Source: Amphiscolops sp. MND2022 (Eukaryota). From it: DNA of 64,000 bases. Positions 59,501 to 64,000 of the stretch are shown here, one piece after another. Position 1 is the first letter of the stretch. Every line of letters starts with the position of its first letter. Location: positions 19,468,001 through 19,532,000 of the forward strand of contig OZ076414.1 of NCBI GenBank assembly GCA_964187785.1, given 5' to 3'. The position numbers were made by a program, and so were the translations under genes. Under the pieces are notes generated by a model. That model was not told the origin of the DNA. It did not search any database and saw nothing but the letters and a program-made list of their open reading frames with translations.

Positions 59501-62282
59501 TCTCCAACGAAAATGAGTGAAATCATTTTGGTTCATTTAGTTTTCAGTAATCATTTTCATTTGTGATTTGCGCAAAATGGACGTTTTATCTCTCATTTTT
59601 AGTCACAGTTTATTTCAAAGTTAGGAAGAAAGTCTAGTAACCGAAATACCATCTCTGGAATCTCTGATTGCACCCGTTACCTCTGCCGATACCTACTCGT
59701 TTACAGCAACAACTCAGACCGAGAGCTGGTTGTGACCGGGCCACACTTGTTGGACGAACGCTTCTGTCGGGTTGTCGTGCTTGGAATGGAACGAAAAATG
59801 TGGCGCGATGGCACTGATGGTCTTGGCAATATCCCTGAAATATCCCTGAATTCTGAAGTCAAGCGCCCGATCATTGTACAATCGGGCAGCCAAAACGAAC
59901 ATTTTGCGATCAAATCAAAGATTGCAAGAAAGAACTCTACTTGAACTTGTAATGTAAAAAGATGAGCTTGCAACTGGATAGAAAAGTAATAAAAGTCAAT
60001 AGTGAATAGATTCCCTTTGGATCAGCTGTCTTTTTCAAAAACAAGCCAGTACAATCAAAGCCGATGTAACGACTTATGTTCGCGTCATTGTTTAGAGAAG
60101 AACTAATCTTCACTGATCTCGTCAGAGTCTGAAACTCACTAGACTCATTTTCCAAGGAGTTTTCATCTTGTTCTCTAAAGGATTCGTTTGGTTCGGATTT
60201 TAATGTTTCTAGAAGTTCCTTTTGGGATTCTGCATGGAGACTTCTTACTTCTGAGATGATCTCCTCTTTTAAAGAGGCGCTGAGTCCTCTAATGCACTAT
60301 TTTCTATTCTAGGGGATTTAGGTGAAAAACCTCCCAAAACTAGGCTGTTCTGATTGCTAGACGCTACATTTTATACCAAAATGGGGGAACTTACGTCTTT
60401 CTTAACGGCTTCGGAGCTTTCTTGTCGAGTATTTTTCCTCTTCTGGCTTCTACTAGATGTTTCGGAGAAAAGATTCTAGTTTTCAACTTGAATTGATTCT
60501 TCATTGTTGAGTCTTCACAAAAGAAGAGTGAAATAGAGGTTAAAAACTCAGGCTTTACAGAAACTACTGTTTTTTAGCGAGGTAAAGGACTGAGTCCCTC
60601 AGTAATTTAATTGCATCGCATTTATACCCTCCAAGTATCATTTGATCACGAAGGGAATTATGACTAGTTTCGTTTGCTTGAAATACTCGGAGATGCTAGC
60701 AAAATAGAGGAACCGGTTGTCAAAAGAAAGCACTCAATTTGGGGATGGATTATTTTCCACTATCTTCAACATCTAAATTAACATAAGTATTATGGTTTTG
60801 GGTTGACGTGGCAACAGCGTCAAATTAGATTAACACAAAGGAACTTTGAACAACAACATCAACTTTTGGTGATATGATAAGCAATTAAGCCCATCAACGT
60901 GTAATTGGAACATAATACCAGTATATGGGCCTTGTAGCAAAATATAAAATAGATACTAAAATATAGATTCATCATCAAAGTATTCTTTTAGCAAATTACA
61001 TCATTTACCTTATTAGACACGTTGTATTGACGTCAAATTTGTCTTGACACTATAAAAACATTTCAAATGGCGTAGCATCATCTCAGTTTCGTTTAGTAGC
61101 AATTTAACACATGTTGAAACACTGTGACAATCTTAGAAATATTCATTAAAGTTGATATATAGGCTGTTACAAATTGGGTAAAGATCGTATGACACGTTAC
61201 GACAACGTCTTTTTGTACAAAATAACGCCTAAATTTTACAGTAGACAGCATGGACAAGAGTTCATATCATGCTCAAATAGGTGAACTGTGACTTTCGATA
61301 ATGAAATTTAGGGAAGTTTCATCTAGCTTAGGCCTTAGCGCAATTTTAAACCTGCAATGCTCTGTTTGACGAAAGATGGACGAGTTTTACAAGTTTCCTT
61401 TTTTTTCCAGGTAAGTTAGACATCAATTAAGCTTTTCTTTGCATCTATTTTGTTAGAAATGCGTTCTTTTTCTTATTTTGTATGGATTAAAACAGCTATT
61501 TTGTTAGATTTGCGATGTAGCGTTGACAAGATTTCTTAGCTAGCTTGGCAAGCTCCCAAGATTGTCGAAATGCTGACGAGTGTTTTGGAACGATATTCTG
61601 ACTAGCTGTCAAGCTAGTGTCGTAATACCGTCAAGTACTTTAGAATTCGTTTAGCTAGCTGCCTATCTAGTGACGTATTGCTGACGTCACAAGTTTAGTA
61701 GTATTTGCATGTACAGCCATATTCGTTTACTTAGCGTTCAAAAGCATTTAAGCTGGCTTTTCTTAGAAGAGGCGTGATTCTTTAGTGTGCCATCTCAATG
61801 TAATTTCTGTTTTAGCTCTGATTATGTTCTTTTCAAAGATAATTATTGATATGGTTTTCACTTATATTAGTTTATGATCTTTATTTCAAGACACGTATTA
61901 GTTTTGGTTTCAGGTGGAGAATGTTTTTATTTTGACGTGGCATAAACTCTCCAACGAAAATGCGTGAAATCATTTTGGTTCATTTAGTTTTCAGTAATCA
62001 TTTTCATTTGTGATTTGCGCAAAATGGACGTTTTATCTCTCATTTTTAGTCACAGTTTATTTCAAAGTTAGGAAGAAAGTCTAGTAACCGAAATACCATC
62101 TCTGGAATCTCAGATTGCACCCGTTACCTCTGCCGATACCTACTCGTTTACAGCAACAACTCAGACCGAGAGCTGGTTGTGACCGGGCCACACTTGTTGG
62201 ACGAACGCTTCTGTTGGGTTGTCGTGCTTGGAATGAAACGAAAATTGTGGCGCGATGGCACTGATGGTCTTGGCAATATCCC
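56591..62282. repeat. 1,630-bp tandem triplication; third copy carries an extra 817 bp (60871-61687)
   Basis: Units start at 56591, 58222 and 59852, and duplicated ORFs are offset by 1630. The junction contains an 11-bp tandem AATATCCCTGA. Confidence 0.95.
60065..62200 (-). mobile_element. Probable 3' LTR of a second, inverted giant Gypsy, encoding a decayed gag-like N-terminus
   Basis: The minus strand ends ...GTCGTTACA at 60065. It translates to SSRSQKRKNTRQ...SLKEEIISEVRSLHAESQKELLE...NISRY up to that CA, like the LTR-embedded gag of the first element. LTR start not located. Confidence 0.5.
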
Positions 62283-62809
62283 TTCTTTCCTGCAGATAAT
62301 TCAGGGGGCTTATCGGTTGGGAGTTTATCTTTCTCAGCGGGTCTGGTGGAGTGACAAAGTATGAATTTGAATCCTCTTGATTGACTTGTTCTAGGTATTC
62401 CAGTACTTTGCTGCTCGTTACAGATTCTTCGGGATCCGCATGTTCTTCTACGACAAATATTTCCGAATTTAGACTTTCGTCAGGGCTTTCGGGGCTATCC
62501 GGCAGTTCCTCGTCTTCTCGCGTTTCGATGATGTCTTCCTGCCGGAGGCACATCTCTGAGTCAAGAGACTCTAAGTTCGAATCCAGCCTCATCTTCTTGC
62601 AATTTAGCTCGAGAGAGTCCGCTGACACATCAAAGTATTCTTCCTCGTCAGCTACGGGCTCCGCGGACGAGCGGGAAACTTCAAGCACCACTCTATTGTA
62701 GGGTATTGGTTCCCGAGGAAGGGGGCGTCGAAGCTCTCTCCAGAATTCCTTCGTCATCTTCGCTCGACGAGATATCGACTAACTCGTAGACATTTTTGAA
62801 GCTGTTCAT
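62161..62809 (-). pseudogene. ORF X-like accessory gene with a 1-nt frameshift near 62750
   Basis: Removing one G joins MNSFKNVYELVDISSSEDDE to EFWRELRRP..., giving about 215 aa of acidic protein. Confidence 0.6.
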
Positions 62810-63328
62810 CTTTGTGTTGTAGCTGCTGTTGCAAGTTATAGATTGCTGAGCTGCTGATTGAGACAGTTGATTGTTTGGCACTTAATTTAGGATTAATTAG
62901 GATTAACTGTGCTATGTTATCAATCTTTTTAAACCTTTTCAATCCTAAACAGGTGTTGACGTTATGCCAACGTCACATTTTCATTGGCTAAGCCGCTGAG
63001 CCAATGTTGACAACGTTTTGCTGACGTCAATTTCGTTGGCATTTAGTCAATTTTATTTGTCATCGTTCTGATGACGTCATTTTCGTTAGCGTTTTGCTAA
63101 CTTCCATTTTTGGTTGGAGGATTGTTTTCAATCCTTTTAACCTTGTTTGTCATCCTTTTGCTGACGTCTACATTGGTATCTGTTTACACTTCGTTTTGTT
63201 TTCCAGATTGTTGTAGAAATTGACTCGACGAGTTGATCTGGGTGTACAAAGCGGCAACCAGACGCAGTTTTTCATCTCAAGAGGTGACATGCATACCAGC
63301 GACGCTGACGAGATTCGTCCACCGGCAT

Positions 63329-63772
63329 TTAGTAGGTGATACAATTCCCCGATCCATTAGGCTTTGTGGAAAAATACTTTTTACAGTTAGACCTTTTCTG
63401 TATGGTATTTTCATTGCTTAGATTTTCTGACGCGTCGATACGGGTGCCAGGTGCAGGACAGGGAGCAGCATTACCCGACACTGTTGCTTCTGTCTCTGGT
63501 GGCGGCGTTCCTTCCGTCGCTGTTGCTGCCATTTTTGGTGATGCTATTCCGTCCGTCTCTGTTGCTGCCATTTCTGGTGATGCTGTTCCTTCCGTCGCTG
63601 TTGTTACCATTTCTGGTGATGTTGTTCCTTCCGTCGACTCATCGCGGGTTGCTTCGGGGTGTGGCGATTCATCAGACTCTGTTGGGGCGGAACTAGATAT
63701 TCCATTAGTAGCTGCCTCGTCTCTCCCTGTTCCTTCATCTGCCATCGAAGGTTCTGATGCACTGCCATTCAC
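63329..63772 (-). CDS. Acidic Thr/Ala-rich ORF or exon with about 4 copies of a 39-bp (13-aa) repeat
   Basis: TEGTASPEMAATA-type repeats at about 63470-63640; the start is non-ATG, so it may be an internal exon. Confidence 0.5.
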   Translation of the reverse strand: MNGSASEPSMADEGTGRDEAATNGISSSAPTESDESPHPEATRDESTEGTTSPEMVTTATEGTASPEMAATETDGIASPKMAATATEGTPPPETEATVSGNAAPCPAPGTRIDASENLSNENTIQKRSNCKKYFSTKPNGSGNCITY

Positions 63773-64000
63773 GGACCGAGCTTCTCATGGAGGTGAGAAA
63801 GTTCGCCCATTCCACCCGCCGAGGAAAAAGGGGCAGGAGTTGAAGAGGTTATCTTGCCCCTCTTGTAAGCTCGACCCATCGCCGCGTTTTACAAAGTTCT
63901 TGCTAGACTTCACGGTAACTTTCGAAATATTGACGGTCTCCCGAGCATCAAAACGAGGTAATTATATCGGTATTTTATGTATTTGACTTTCTTTCCCTTT

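Noticed and set aside
63336-63986. 216-aa plus-strand ORF
   Set aside because: Val/Ala/Ser composition typical of the antisense shadow of the minus-strand repeat ORF; it cannot be fully excluded without stranded RNA data.

Overview
Repeat-dense eukaryotic genomic DNA with spliceosomal introns, probably from an invertebrate, made almost entirely of mobile-element sequence. (1) 1-13,960: part of a Polinton/Maverick-like (pPolB) element. It has a PC4-like gene, an edge-truncated ORF with an HUH-like motif that the ORF track misses, a CPPAPKK-motif ORF, and a protein-primed DNA polymerase with 3 C2H2 fingers, an HNH insert and a 101-nt intron. A 3,131-bp tandem duplication and a 108-bp (2x54) satellite with a ~1,735-bp higher-order repeat follow. 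(2) 14,193-15,167: a three-exon gene for a strongly diverged ribosomal protein uS5/RPS2 homologue with an acidic N-terminus. (3) 18,606-35,289: a complete 16.7-kb Ty3/Gypsy element (1.66-kb LTRs, TSD CGTGG) inserted into a CR1/L2-type LINE. Gag starts inside the LTR. The element carries an antisense five-exon gene for a BED-finger, hAT-transposase-like protein apparently lacking its catalytic residues, plus a non-env sense ORF that ends inside the 3' LTR. (4) 38,800-54,600: a second LINE, Mutator-like MITEs, a Penelope fragment with a minimal hammerhead ribozyme, and Gypsy and hAT relics. (5) 56,591-64,000: a 1,630-bp tandem triplication and the 3' end of what looks like a second, inverted giant Gypsy with similar architecture. 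All protein assignments rest on motifs read by eye; no database search was run.
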